From Nymphaea colorata (lineage: Eukaryota): a DNA stretch of 64,000 nt. Under the pieces are notes generated by a model, which had not been told where the DNA came from, ran no database searches, and saw only the letters and a program-made list of their open reading frames with translations. Position numbers and translations under genes: made by a program. The DNA lies in NCBI RefSeq assembly GCF_008831285.2, contig NC_045138.2:3224001-3288000 (forward strand), given 5' to 3'. Shown here one piece after another: positions 38,743 through 52,040 of the stretch (position 1 is the stretch's first letter; each line of letters starts with the position of its first letter).

Positions 38743-41579
38743 TCCCAGGGAAATCGAGCAAAAAAATCGAGGCGCCGCTCGAGAGTTTTTCGTCAGATCT
38801 AACAGATCCCTGCGCGTGACGACTATCGGCGACGATCCGAACCCTGCAAAGAATCGCCGAGATGGCGATCACAAATTCCCTCCACTGACCACTCTCTCTT
38901 CCTCTCTTTTATCGGTAGAAGCACCCTAGACCCTAGACGGAGATGACAAGAGGAAGGAGATGGCGACTCCCTCGAAAAGACCGATTTCCGAGATCAAAGC
39001 CGACGTCTTCTCCGTTTATTTATTATCGCTCTCGCCTCTCCCCGGACAGCACCAGAGCAAACCAAGGATCAAGACTTCCGTCTCTGAAACGCCTAACTCT
39101 GGTTAAGCGACTGACCAGAGAACCCGTGGTCTAAAATGATTGTGCGCGTCGACAGCCAAACCCCTATTTATCAAGAGATTTCCGCCCTTTACCCCTTCAG
39201 ATCGACGGTCGTAATCGTGACACGTATGACGCAAACGATTGAAGATTTCCTAAAAATTGGAAAGCAGATAAGGAATGAAGGTCGTAGACGCAAGCATCGC
39301 TACTCATTCGGGCCTCTCTTTTAATTAAATCACCATAATGCCATCCCAAATTTGTGGGCCCCCAGCCTTCAGCCTCGCCCCTTGAAGGACCATGTGGCCG
39401 TGTTTCATGACCCACAGATCCTATACTGGATCTGAGATCTACGGTTTACAAACAGTACATTTCAGATCTACGGTTCAAAACTCGTTTTACATTAAAAATC
39501 GTGGATCTAAAGCCTGATGCCGGGATCAAAGACCAGGTGAGAGATCTGGATCTTCTTCCATGTGCATAGATCTCATGTCACTTTCATCTAACATAACCTT
39601 TGTTTGGATATATCAAAACATTATCATATATATTAAACTAATTTTGTGCAACTGCCCACAAGAGTCAGGTGGCGGGCTCCGCCAGTGCATGGTTTCTCGG
39701 GTATCTATGATCCAATGGTCCACTCGGATGTAAAGCGCTGTTAATTTAGATCCATCAGTCTCCACATATTGGTATTCAAACGAAATGTATACTATATGCA
39801 AATCAGACTTTAAAATTTAAAATTTGAATCCAGTTAGTTATAATTGACTTTTAAATAGACTGGTTTAATTTGAAACCAACTTTTAACTGAATCCAAACTA
39901 TATTATGACAGTGGCAGGACCAGACATATAGGCGGGTGGGCATTTGCCCCCACCATCTCTATAAAATCTCTTTATTTGTACTGATACTCTTAAAAATATG
40001 TTCATTTATATATAACACTGCTTCTTAAGGTATTTATTTAAAACAAAATCAGAATTCGAGTCACTGGATGTCATTTCCTAAATCTTGGATTCGGTCTGAT
40101 TTCTTAATTTAGTTTTTTCTTTTTCTGCATCTGACACATTTAAAACATACGATTGAATGTCTAATTTAAATCTGATTCATTGCCAATTGTGACTTTATTG
40201 TTATGAAAATTCGAGTATATGCACACTGCAAGCGAGCTTGGTTGAGCCGGACTCAAACTTTGTCTCCCAATAGGGTGATTGTTGTTATAGAAGAGAAACT
40301 TAAGAGTTCATGAAGAAGCCTTTTGAAATTCTATTAGAACGATAATGGTGCTCCTTTATGTTTCGGGTGATTAGGAGTGAATCCTATGGCCGAGGGGCCA
40401 AGTCAGAATTTTTTCATGAGGGGTCGAATTAAAGTTTTTAAAATTTGACATGGGCCGAAATATTCATTTTTTAAAATCTGTATATATGACAAGTGATTTT
40501 TTTAAAAATTTACATGTAATTTTTTTTTAAGCGGGGCCAAGGCCTTTGCGGACCCTATCCTGGCTTCGCCCCTTCCATGGTTGCTTGATAGGCCCAAGTA
40601 ACCCCTTTGTCCCTGTATTTCTAGAGTCCAAAGCTGTTTTGGGATCCGAGTAGTCATAAGTACATCATTCAACTTGATTGTCATGCGTGTCATTTGTAGT
40701 ACATAAGAATAACACCCACGATAATAAAAATAAGAACGTGTTGACAACGCTCCATTTAAGCCGATCAGCTATGCTACGCCTCTTAGTGTTTACATTAGAA
40801 GTGTGGTTCTTTTATGCTATTCTTTCTTATTTATTACCTACTGCAATGTAGAACTTGGAATAGGCTAACGCTTGAAAGTTGGAACTAGATATTACTTAGA
40901 TCTGTAGGAGTCGAAATGACATAACAATTAGATATGGGCATCAGGTGTTTCAAATGAAAGTTGAAACTCAAGAAAATTATAATGAAAGAAGGAACAACAT
41001 GAACCAAGGGTGGAGATAGATAAGGTCTTTGTGAGGTGTCCAGCCCCCCTATAGAGCCCATTATCTAAAAGCATAATTCAATGGCTCGAATGGGTAGACC
41101 TGGGTCCAATTATATAGGTCATCTCCACGAGACCTGGGGTCCATGCTTCACGGCCAATTGAAAATTTGTTTACCATATATTTAGTGTCCCATGAAAAAAC
41201 TTCTCCTCCGCCCCTTGCATTAACATATATTGTTAGAGTTTAACAAGATAATGATGAACATGAGTGTGCTTAAGTACATTAATTAAGCAAACACTAGAGA
41301 TTTATCCAAGTGAGATATCCATTTTATCAGGTCATTAAGGTCAGTTAAGATCGGGCTTAACTAAAAATTGCATTTAGTTGTTGATTATTATTATCATCAT
41401 TATGAAACAACAACAACAAACTAAACTAATGCATGAATCTTATACTTTCGAACCTTCACTTAGAAGAGGGATTTAGCCACCGGAACTATTGCACATTATA
41501 AATTTTCACGCCAATGATTGAATCAGGATTCTAAGTACAAATCCGGTTCATATCCTAAGCGAAGTCCTAAGGGATAATT

Positions 41580-41900
41580 AGGACTGTACAACTAGTCGAG
41601 CTAAGTTGATCTTGAACTCGCTTCACTTGGTTAAGCTTGACTCGAGCTCGACTCATTGTTTTCGGGTTCAACTTGAGCTTAATTGAAAATTCGAGTTTAT
41701 AAACGAATTGAATTTGAATTACATCAACTCGACTCGACAGGCTCATTTAATCGAAGTTATCTTTTCCTTTGTTGTAATTTCTAAACTTCAAAACAAAGAA
41801 AAAGTCAAATAAAAAGTTGGTAAATGAATTTAAACAAGTTAGAGAGCTTGAGCTGACCCGATGCAGCTCGATTCGAACTCGAGCTCAGCTTGTGGACTGA
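41580..41900. mobile_element. Degenerate relative of the GAGCTC-rich hAT family, without a captured fragment
   Basis: Begins AGGACTGTACA (compare TAGGGCTGTACA at 19436) and has CTCGAGCTCGACTC motifs at both ends. Confidence 0.5.
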
Positions 41901-43401
41901 CCTAAGGCCGATGCACGGCGCGTTAGATTTGGTTCGGATCGGGCAAGATACAGATCTGACTAATTTGAAGGGTCCAGTTCTCAACTGCGTGGCCATTCTG
42001 TAGATTCACGTAAGCTGTAGGGGTGTTTTGGTCAGTACGAGAAGAGTGGCATCAAGCGTAGATTCCGGATGATCTACGGGTATATAGACATAGCCCCTCA
42101 TGGGGAACAAACAATGAAACCTGTCGTCCTTCTTCCCTCCCGTCTACCTTCCACCTTCCTTCTTTCCTTCCCTCCTTCTCCGACGAGTCGTTCTTCCTCC
42201 TCTGTGTTTATGGATTCTTATTCTATCAGAAGATGCAGAATCCCGTCTTTGGCTTCTCATCTCGATCAACGAGTCTCCCTTCTTCACCCCTCCCTTTTTC
42301 CCTTTTCGTCTTATCGGTCGACGGCGCTGTCCATACCGGAGATATGGGATTGTTTGCATAAGTAGCAGAGTGTATTCGCTTTCTTCCGGTAAGCACTTTT
42401 GCGCCTGTCAGTAATTTGTAGGCATGCGGTGGATTAACTGGTCTCGCTTTCTTTCTGTATGATTAATTTTGTTATGTCGAAGAACAAAAGGGTTTGGGGA
42501 TTAGTTTTGGTGCTAACGTTCTCTTACTAGTGGGTAGCGCTGTAAAATGATTTATTTGTTAATTTTTCTTTTTCTTGTGCATCATTTGAAACTAAAACTT
42601 GCATTTTGGGGCCGTGGACTTCTGATGTACGTGTATTATTTTGATATAATTTTAAACTTTTCCCTATATTTCACCAAAAGAAAATTTTGTCATGACGAGA
42701 TTTTCCACCTGTCAAGGAAGTCTTGATACGAGGAGGTCACCAGCTGTGACGTACTTCATTGTAGCCGTTTTGAATTGCCATCAACAGGAAGCCTCAGTGT
42801 AGCACTATGGTCCCGGCGGCCATTTTGATATGCAACAGTCGAAAATAAATTCTACAGACAATGCTGATGACAAATGCTTAGAACCTTTAGTAAATATTTT
42901 ATCAGAAATTTTCATAAAAAATGTTAATAAAAATTCGTTGGTTTCAGTTAATATTGGTTACATCTGACGAAAAGTACTCCTCACATTATATCACAGACCT
43001 TTTAGCTCAGAAACTTCTAATGTACGCAAGCTACAAAGGTGGGACCATGTTAAATGCTACGTGAGATATTGAAAAAGAAATTGGGGCACTTGTTTGCAAT
43101 ATATTTGTTATGCTTTAGGGCTTTTTCTTAATGATGCTTTACCCGTGTGCGTTACATGTGGTCAGTTGAACATTTTGGGTACTGTATTTTCTTGTACTGG
43201 TTTTCTCATTTTCTCTTTTCGACTGACTTTCTCATGCATTATTTTTACTTTTTACTTTAGGTTTAAACTCTTCAAGAACGACAAGCAACATTGAATCATC
43301 TTAATCCAAGGGCATTATTCAACTACGAAACGTACTGAGAAAAATCAGAAAGTTGGCATCTGGTCTTTTTAGTTGCTTGTGAGCAAATGTCATGAAATCA
43401 T

Positions 43402-46400
43402 CGTGATAAGTTTGGTGACATGACCCTTTCACGTGGACCTCATCAACCCAAAATGTCAGCTTCTTCAACAGGGAAGTCCTCTGGTTGGACTGCTTTTCAC
43501 CAAAAGCAGCTGCAGGGGCAGGATGTGGGGACTAAATCAGAAGTTGATATCTATCCACCTCTCCTAAGCTCATCCTCATCTACTCCTCCATCTCGGTCAG
43601 GGACTCTTGCTATTAGCTCATTTAAAAATAAGAAATCTGATAAAAATGGATTCTATAAGCTCAACGATCACTCAGCAACAAGCTCATTCTCCTCTGCTGC
43701 GAAAAGTTCTTTAGATGCTATGCCATTGATTAATCACTGCAATAATGGAGCAATAGATCCTTCTTTAAATAAGCATATTAGCAATGGCACGATTAGAAGC
43801 ATGGCTACTGACGAGAAAGAAAGAGCTGAAAAGTTTGAAAAGCTGAGACAAATTAACAGTTGGGCTGATGATACATTGATTCAGGATATACTAGCAGCTG
43901 TCGATAATAATGAAGATCGGGCTAGCATGATTTTAAGAAGGATGGATCTTTCTGCAAACCCTCTGTCCACAGACAAAGAAAATAGCAATAGCAAAATGAA
44001 CATTACAGACCACGAGGAGAGAAACAGAACAGAAAGCATTGAACAATTGAAAGAAAGACACATCTGGGCTGATGATGCTTTGATAGAGGATATATTAGTG
44101 TCTGTTGGTGGTAACAAAGATCAAGCTAGCTTGATTTTGGTAAGTATGTGTCGTGCTGGGGCTGAAGCTGAAGATTTTGGTGATAACTGTGGTGACACGA
44201 CCCTTTCAGGTGGACCTCGCCAACCCAAAATATCAGCTTGGTCAACAGGAAGCTCCTCTGGTTGGACTGCTTTTCACCAGAAGCACCCGCAAGGACATAA
44301 TGTGGGAACTAAATCAAAAGTTGATATCTACCCACCTCTCCTAACTTCATCCTCATCTACTCGTCCATCTTGGTCAGGGACCCTTGCTTCTTGTTCATCT
44401 AAAAATCGGAAATCTGATAAAAATGGATTCTGTGACTATAAGGTCAGTGAGTACCCGGCAACAAGCTCATCCTCAATTGTGAACAGTTCTTTAGTTGCTA
44501 TGCCATTGATTAATAACTCCAATAATGGAGCAATAGATCCTTGTGTAAACAAGCATATTAGCAATGGCACGATTAGAAGCAGGGCTACCGAAGAGAAAAA
44601 AAGAGATGAAAAGTTTTCAAAGCTGAGACAAATTAATAGTTGGGCTGATGATACCTTGATTGAGGATATACTAGCAGCTGTTCATAACAATGAAGAACGG
44701 GCTAGCATGATTTTAAGAAGTATGGATCTTTATGCAAGCTCTCCATCCACAGACAAAGAACATAGCAATAGAGAAATGAACATTACTAACCATGAGGAGA
44801 TAAACAGAGCTGAAAGCGTTGAACAACTGAAAGAAAGGCACATCTGGGCTGACGATGCTTTGATAGAGGATATATTAGTTGCTGTTGGTGGTAATGAAGA
44901 TCAAGCTAGCTTGATTTTGATAAGTATGTGTCCTACCGGGTATGAAGCTGAAGATTTTAGTGATAATTGTGGTGACACGACCCTTTCAGGTGAACCTTGT
45001 GAACCCAAAATGTCAGCTTGGTCAACAGGAAGGTCCTCTGGTTGGACTGCTTTTCACCAAAAGCACCTGCAAGGACATAATGTGGGAACTAAATCAAAAG
45101 TTGATATCTACCCACCTCTCATAAGCTCATCCTTATCGATCCCTCCATCTCAGTCAGGGACCCTTGCTCCTTGCTCATCTAAAAATCAGAAGTCTGATAA
45201 AAATGGAATCCGTGATTATAAGCTCAGCGAGTACCCGGCAACAAGCTCATTCTCCTCAATTGCAAACAGTTCTTTAGTTGCTATGCCATTGATTGATAAC
45301 TCCAATATTGGAGCAATAGATCCTTCTGTAAATAAGCATATTAGCAATGGCACGATTAGAAGCAGGGCTACCGAAGAGAAAAAAAGAGCTGAAAAGTTTG
45401 AAAAGCTTAGACAAATTAATAGTTGGGCTGATGATACCTTGATTGAGGATATACTAGCAGCTGTCGATAACAATGAAGATCGGGCTAGCATGATTTTAAG
45501 AAGTATGGATCTTTATGCAAACTCTCCATCCACAGACAAAGAACATAGCAATAGAGAAACCAACATTACGAACCATGAAGAGATAAACAGAGCTGAAAGC
45601 ATTGAACAACTGAAAGAAAGGCACATCTGGGCTGACAATGCTTTGATAGAGGATATATTAGTTGCTGTTGGTGGTAATGAAGATCAAGCTAGCTTGATTT
45701 TGATAAGTATGTGTCCTACCGGGTATGAAGCTGAAGATTTTGGTGATAATTTTGGTGACACGACCCTTTCAGGTGAACCTTGTGAACCCAAAATGTCAGC
45801 TTGGTCAACAGGAAGGTCCTCTGGTTGGACTGCTTTTCACCAAAAGCAACTGCAAGGACATAATGTGAGAACTAAACCAAAAGTTGATATTTACCCACCT
45901 CTCATAAGCTCATCCTTATCGATCCCTCCATCTCGGTCAGGGATCCTTGGTCCTTGCCCATCTAAAAATCAGAAGTCTGATAAAAATGGAATCCGTGATT
46001 ATAAGATCAGCGAGTACCCAGCAACAAGCTCATTCTCTTCTATTGTGAAAAGTTCTGTAGTCGCTATGACATTGACTGATCATTCCAATAATGGAGCAAT
46101 AGATCTTTTGGCAAATAAGCATACACACAGTGGCATGATTGAAAAGCTGAGACAAATTAACAGTTGGGCTGATGATACATTGATTGAGGATATACTAGCA
46201 GCTGTGGGTAACAATGAAGATCAGGCTAGCATGATTTTAAGAAGTATGGATCTTTCTGCAAAATCACTGTCTACGGACAAAGATAATAGCAACGGCCAAA
46301 TGAACATTATGAATTATGAGGAAAGAAACAGAGCTAAAAGCATTGCGCAACTGAAAAAATTACACACCTGGGCGAATGATGCTTTAATGGAGGATATATT

Positions 46401-46476
46401 ATCAGCTGTTGGTGATAATGAAGAGCAAGCTAGCTTGCTTTTGATAAGTATGTGTCCTACGGGGTCTGAAGCTGAG
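43402..46476 (+). repeat. Four in-frame tandem copies of a ~780-bp coding module
   Basis: GGTGACA(T/C)GACCCTTTCA begins at 43414, 44191, 44971 and 45754 (spacing 777, 780, 783). Copy 4 carries an in-frame deletion. Confidence 0.97.
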
Positions 46477-49459
46477 GAAACAGCAAAACGAGATGATCTT
46501 GAGTGTTCTTCTGTAAAAAACTTAAAGGGGGTAAATCAGCTTTCTGTTGATGTATACAGAAAAAAGGCTCCTTTGGTTGAGCCTGAGTGGGAACAAGATG
46601 ACATTTATTTAAGCCATCGGAAGGATGCAATAAAGATGATGAGGTATGATCCCTCTTCGTTCACAGCATAATTATTTCACAAGGGATTTAACTTTCTGAG
46701 TGATGACATGTTCAATTGGGAGTGCAGACTGAGTAAAAGCGTTATACTCGAAATAATAGCTGAAAATATCAGTCAATGAGGAAAACATTGAAGCAGAATG
46801 CTAGGGGATAAATCTCATTATACAGAATGTTGGTATCAAGAAAAATACAGTGTTATCACAAAATATTGAGGTGTTTGGGAAAAGAGAGCTTGTTTCATGT
46901 ACTGAAAGTATTTATTGTCATACTTTCGTTACTTGGTTTTTAGAAATATTTAATGGATTTCTATGCTTTGATTGAAAAAATATGCTATATTTTTGTTTCA
47001 TTTCGTCCATTTTGAAGTTTTGAAAAGGAGAACTTGTTTTATACATTGTTTGTATATTTTTCTCGTTTTTTGGTTATGTTGTGTTTTAAATTTTCGTCGG
47101 ATGAATTTCTTTTCTTGATTTAAGAAAATGGTTGTTCAAATATTAATCTCCTATCATTTTCAATTTTTCTTCAGATTTTTGAAAATTTTTATGCACCTGA
47201 GAATGTGACACTCTAAAAAAAGAAATCCTGAGGAAAACCTTCATGAGAAATTTACCTTGAAGAACACTTTTCCTCCTTGAATTTGTCAGTAAGGTAGAAA
47301 ATGATCGGCAAATATATCGTTTATCTGTTCTTACTTAAACTAATATGGGTGTTAACTGTTAAATGTTGTTTGGTTAGTCATTTTCTGAGGGGAAAAACCT
47401 GCTTGGGATCTTAATATGTCTTGGCTGTTGCTGCCCCTATTGGTTGCGGAACTTCTTTATGAACTCTCTTTTCGTTTTGATTTTTTATATGGGTGATAAT
47501 ATACACATGGATGGAGAGAAATTGCCTCGCCTTAGCAGGTTAAGTGCATAAATAGGTAATCTTAAGCTACGTGCTGTTTTTCAATTATCAGGTTGGCATC
47601 ACTCCATTCACGGGGCGCTCGCAGTGCTTTTTCAGTAGGTGATCATTTCCATGCACGCCAGCTTTCACAGAGAGCCAGAGGAGAATGGCTAGCTGCTGAA
47701 AAGCTAAATCAGAAAGCGGCTCAAGAAATTCTCCATCTCAGAAACAAGGGAAATGATATCTGGAAGTTAGATTTGCATGGACTGCATGCATCTGAAGCTG
47801 TAGAAGCAGTAGAAGCCCATCTGGAGAGTATTGAATCTTCATTGATGACCAAGGATTCAGTGTGTTCTGCCAAAATAATTAATGGGAAGGGTGCACTTAG
47901 AGGTCTTTCTGCTGAATGCGCTAAATCCTCAGACAAGGGAGCAGCCCCAGAAAAGATAAGGCTGCAAGTTCGGTCATCTCGTCCTCAGAGGCAAACCATG
48001 TTAGAAGTTATAACTGGTAAGCAAATGCTGTTTATTTTCTTCGTTCTCCTTCCATTATTGTTGGTATTTATTTTTCCTGCAACTAGCGAGCCTCATCTAA
48101 AGGCTATCTGTCCTAATTAAAACGTTAGTTCTAACGTCTCACACAAGCAAATGGTTGTGCAATAGATGTTGGACACAAACACGATGGTTTCCTTCTGGAT
48201 AAACCGTTGGTTGATTCTTTATAAAATGCTACTCGTTCATTAATGCCTTGGCGAAGAGTCTGCGTAAGTTTGAGCACCTGAGCCATGTATTCATACTCCT
48301 GTGAATCTGTTTGATTCACACGAATCATTGGGCAAAGATGGTGTTTATATGCCATCTAATAGCTTGTGCTGCTCCCATTAGAGGCAAGTTCAATCTGAAG
48401 CTTGTAATCTACACATACATCCACACAAAACAGACCCACAGATGTGCGCACATATGCACATTATACAGACATGCAAAAGGACTACCACCTAAAATGTTAA
48501 TAATGAACTTGTTGATATGATGTGAACATAGTAGTTTCTATAGCTTGTCAGTTTGTTAAGCTTGCAAACAAACTAATTTTTCATGTATTTGTTTGGATTC
48601 ACAGGAACTGGTAAGCATAGTAGAGGAAATGCTGCACTGCCTGCTGCAATTAGGAGCTTCCTTCTGACTAACGGGTTTGTTTTCTGCCTTTACTCGTACT
48701 ATGCATTAAAGCAATGTGCAAATGAAATAAAAAAGAAACTTATGATACTTAAGGTGATTATGATTTTTTGACGATAAAAAATTGGGGCATATGATATGGG
48801 TGGGCTAGTTGGTTTCTGCTCACTTAAAGATACGTTTCCTATAGGAATTGAACTTCTAAAAATAACAGTAGGTGTTGGCCGTACAGCTTCTGGTTCTTCT
48901 GTAATGCATTTAGGCGGGTCGCTGTGAAGACTTACATCTCTGTTAGAAATTTAGAATAAGTGCCACTGGAAGTCGGGTTTGCAGAAAAAACTTGTTGCAA
49001 GGTTTCGAGCATTTTTTGATCTTTTCCTTTTTTGTGGGGCTAGTTACATTCGTTCAAAAGGGCGTCAAAATGCGGTAGTTTCAATCTCTATTGGCAAATA
49101 CTTCTACAACTCCTTTAAGTATTCCGTCGAATCCGTCCCATGTTCGGTTGATATCTTAAGAGGAGTCAAATATGGTCCGACTGTTATTTCTCGGCAGACC
49201 CCTGTAGTTGATTTTGCTGATCCATAGGAAACTAGTTTTGATTGCTTAATCTTGACTGATGACTGCATCATTTCTCTTGGTTTCTTGTGAATATGTGACG
49301 AAACAAACTACATTTTTGAGAATTTTTTCCTGATTAGGGCTCGTCAAATTGATTGTGGCATTGTGCCATGGATGTTGTCCTCCTCTCTTTGTCAGATATC
49401 ATTTCTATGATGCAAGACCCGGAGTGATCGCGGTGAGGCCCAAATTCCGGCACAAATGA
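43420..49459 (+). CDS. SMR-domain protein (At5g23520-like: SGWTAF N-terminal motif, CUE-like motifs, DUF1771, SMR) with a 4x repeated N-terminal module, ~1260 aa
   Basis: Coding exons 43420-46643, 47592-48016, 48605-48674, 49396-49459 (TGA); GT-AG, phases consistent, 3783 nt. SMR motifs are WKLDLHGLHASEA, VITGTGKHSRG and RPGVIAVRPKFR. A DUF1771-like segment DDIYLSHRKDAIKMMR...HSR.A..AF precedes them. An alternative start ATG is at 43453, and a probable 5'UTR intron spans 42389-43260. Confidence 0.88.
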
Positions 49460-49957
49460 GATTATACATGGTGAAAATGGAAGACGTTAGCTGCATGGTG
49501 TTGCCCTTTTTTGCAACACTCGTTACGAGTAGTGTTCATGTAATCAGAAAACCAAAGGGTGGTTGTAGGAGGTGGATGAATCAGCCGATCACCTCCGTGT
49601 CTCTAGATAACATTATCTTTGATTCGTTGTATCTTTATTGCTTGTAAATAACTAATTTATTATGATTTTCCCATGGCCGTGTGCTAACGTGAAGGCAGCC
49701 TGTTGCAGGTATGCTACCTTTGGTATTTACACGATAAATGAATTAGAAGTTGCGAGCGGTCAAGAAAGAACAATGAGACATTTAGAACCGACCTGCAACA
49801 AGAACCGACCTGCAATATCACAGTAGTCATATTCATTTCTCCTTCCTTTCCTTCACCCTCCGAAGCATGTTTTGTTTTTGTTAGAAAATGGCACTCAGGG
49901 GTTGAAACTGGAGGCATGGAGGTGTGCCAAAGTCGCTTTCCTTTTCCTTGCTCAGGG

Positions 49958-50010
49958 TTTCAGTAGTGCATCTACCTTTGCTCAGGGTTCCAGTAGTGCA
50001 TCTACCTTTT
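49958..50010. repeat. 31-bp tandem duplication
   Basis: TTGCTCAGGGTT(T/C)CAGTAGTGCATCTACCTT occurs twice, the first copy starting near 49948. Confidence 0.8.
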
Positions 50011-50334
50011 GCAGTAGAGAAGAATAACACATTGGTTGTATCTGAGATTCGGCGTCAAGAGGATCGTTAAAAACTATAAAGGTTTTATTAAACCACGTTT
50101 GGTTTCCTTCTTCAGGTCGTTCGTCTCTTTTTCCCTGTGCCTCTCTTTCTCCCTTGCGTCGACGGACAACGCCGACTCCATTGCCGTCGCCTTCAACTGT
50201 GAGTCTCTCTCTCTTTCTCTCGTGTCCACCGGTTTCAACCCTCGACCAGGCCATCGATGATTTCAGGCTTGAAGTTGTCGATTGTTTCAACGCTCGACCA
50301 GGCAGCCTGAAATCATCGATGGTTTATGAGGGCG

Positions 50335-50460
50335 AGGGTTTCAGGCCTGAAATCGTCGACACCCTGTGTTTCAGGCCTGAAACCCTCGACACCCTGTGTT
50401 TCAGGCCTGAAACCCTCGACCTTGACCTATCGAAGGGTTTCAGGCCTGAAACCCTCGACG
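50335..50460. repeat. 30-39-bp repeats each containing the palindrome TTTCAGGCCTGAAA (4 copies)
   Basis: GTTTCAGGCCTGAAA(C/T)C occurs at about 50338, 50368, 50398 and 50437; degenerate relatives occur at 50230-50320. Confidence 0.9.
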
Positions 50461-51956
50461 GGTCTTGAGGGTTTTATTCAGAAGGAAGAATGCTACGCCA
50501 TCATACCCCCAACAAAACGGCTTTGTTCCCATCGTCGAGCCTGAGATTTTGGTCGACGGTGCTCACTACATTGATCGCTGTGCCATGTGACCGAGCGCCG
50601 CCTGCTACAAGGCGCTCAACGACCACCATGTCCTCTTGGTGGGCTCCCTCCTCAAGCCCTCTCTATCTCCCTGTGCGGTTGAGGCGGCGGTGACGCTTCT
50701 TGCGTTCATTTGCCGGCGCTGATCATAGATCCGTGGAAAATATCAGAGATCAGAGAGAGGAAGGAGGGGAGGTCCGATCACAAAACCATGGATTTCCTTC
50801 CCCCTATCGAAGATTTGAAATCCATGGTTGAGTTCCGGCGTTTGCTAAAACAAATCCAGGGCTATCAAATTGAACTAATGACTGATTTTTCACTGCCTTG
50901 TCATTTCGATCGAGGGAAAAGGTTGGTAGATGTATAATTAGTGGGCTGCATGAACTGGGGTGCGAAGTGAGGGCAGATCAGGTCACCTAGTGTTGTAGTT
51001 TAGCAATGAGAACATCTACCAAGAACACTACTTATGTGGGGGCTATGGGGCATGTTGTATGAAATACCAGGTGACCTATCTCAATTGGGCATGATGTAGT
51101 TTTTCAGAGTCATCCAAAGAAGATATTTCTGTGACAGATAAAAACGGTTTAGATTTGGGCCGAATTCACCATGACATGCAATTGGATTCAGAGCCAAACT
51201 TTCAATGCGGAAACCGAATAGCATGTGTATATGTAGTTTTTAGATCTTTGCTGAATCCCAGTTAGATATTGGATTCAGTTATGAAAGTGCATACTGAATC
51301 TGACTAATAATTGGATTCGATTTCTTTACCAAATTAGGTCAAATTCATAGAGCATTATAACACAGCATTTCATGAATCTAACTTAATCTTGGAGGCAAGT
51401 TAATGGAATAGTAATAAAATGTTATTGTTATCAAACACCCTCATAACTTTCACATTCGTGAACCATTTGCTTGATAGAGATTGATGCATAACAAGTAGAG
51501 AGACAATGAAACCGAGGATGTATCTGATGACTGATCTAATTTGAAATCAGATTCATAGACCGGTAACAAACTGCTCTCATTGCTAAACAGCCTCTATAGG
51601 CATATTGAGATGGACAACAGGACCGCGTTGGATGCACAAATCTGAATGCAAATAATAGATCTGAATCTGAACCACTTTTGTGGTCTTACTCGCTTAAAGA
51701 AGAAGAGTTTGATGAAAACATGAAATGCATAGCCTAGTGACGGATCGTGTTACAAAATGGAAAAGGAAAGATCTCAATCGCAAACTTAGCTCATCATATC
51801 ATCTACAAAAATAGCTAGTACGATAATGTTGATGTAAAAATATGTTTAGCTTCGGAATCCTTTAAAAATTACGGAAGCCATGTTTGGTCACCTTGCGCTA
51901 TTTCGCTAGTTTCAAATTTGTCATCCAACATCGTTTCAAATTTGTCATCCAACATC

Positions 51957-51962
<6 letters not shown>

Positions 51963-52038
<76 letters not shown>
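51963..52038. repeat. Compound (TA)n(GA)n microsatellite
   Basis: Seen directly. Further (TA)n tracts at 53095-53131, 61509-61559 and 61778-61833; (GA)n at 53244-53288 and 63316-63342. Confidence 0.95.

Positions 52039-52040
<2 letters not shown>

Noticed and set aside
43402..46476. Exon-1 repeats as an assembly artefact
   Set aside because: The copies differ by many substitutions and in-frame indels, which a mis-assembly of one sequence would not produce. Long-read confirmation is still advisable.
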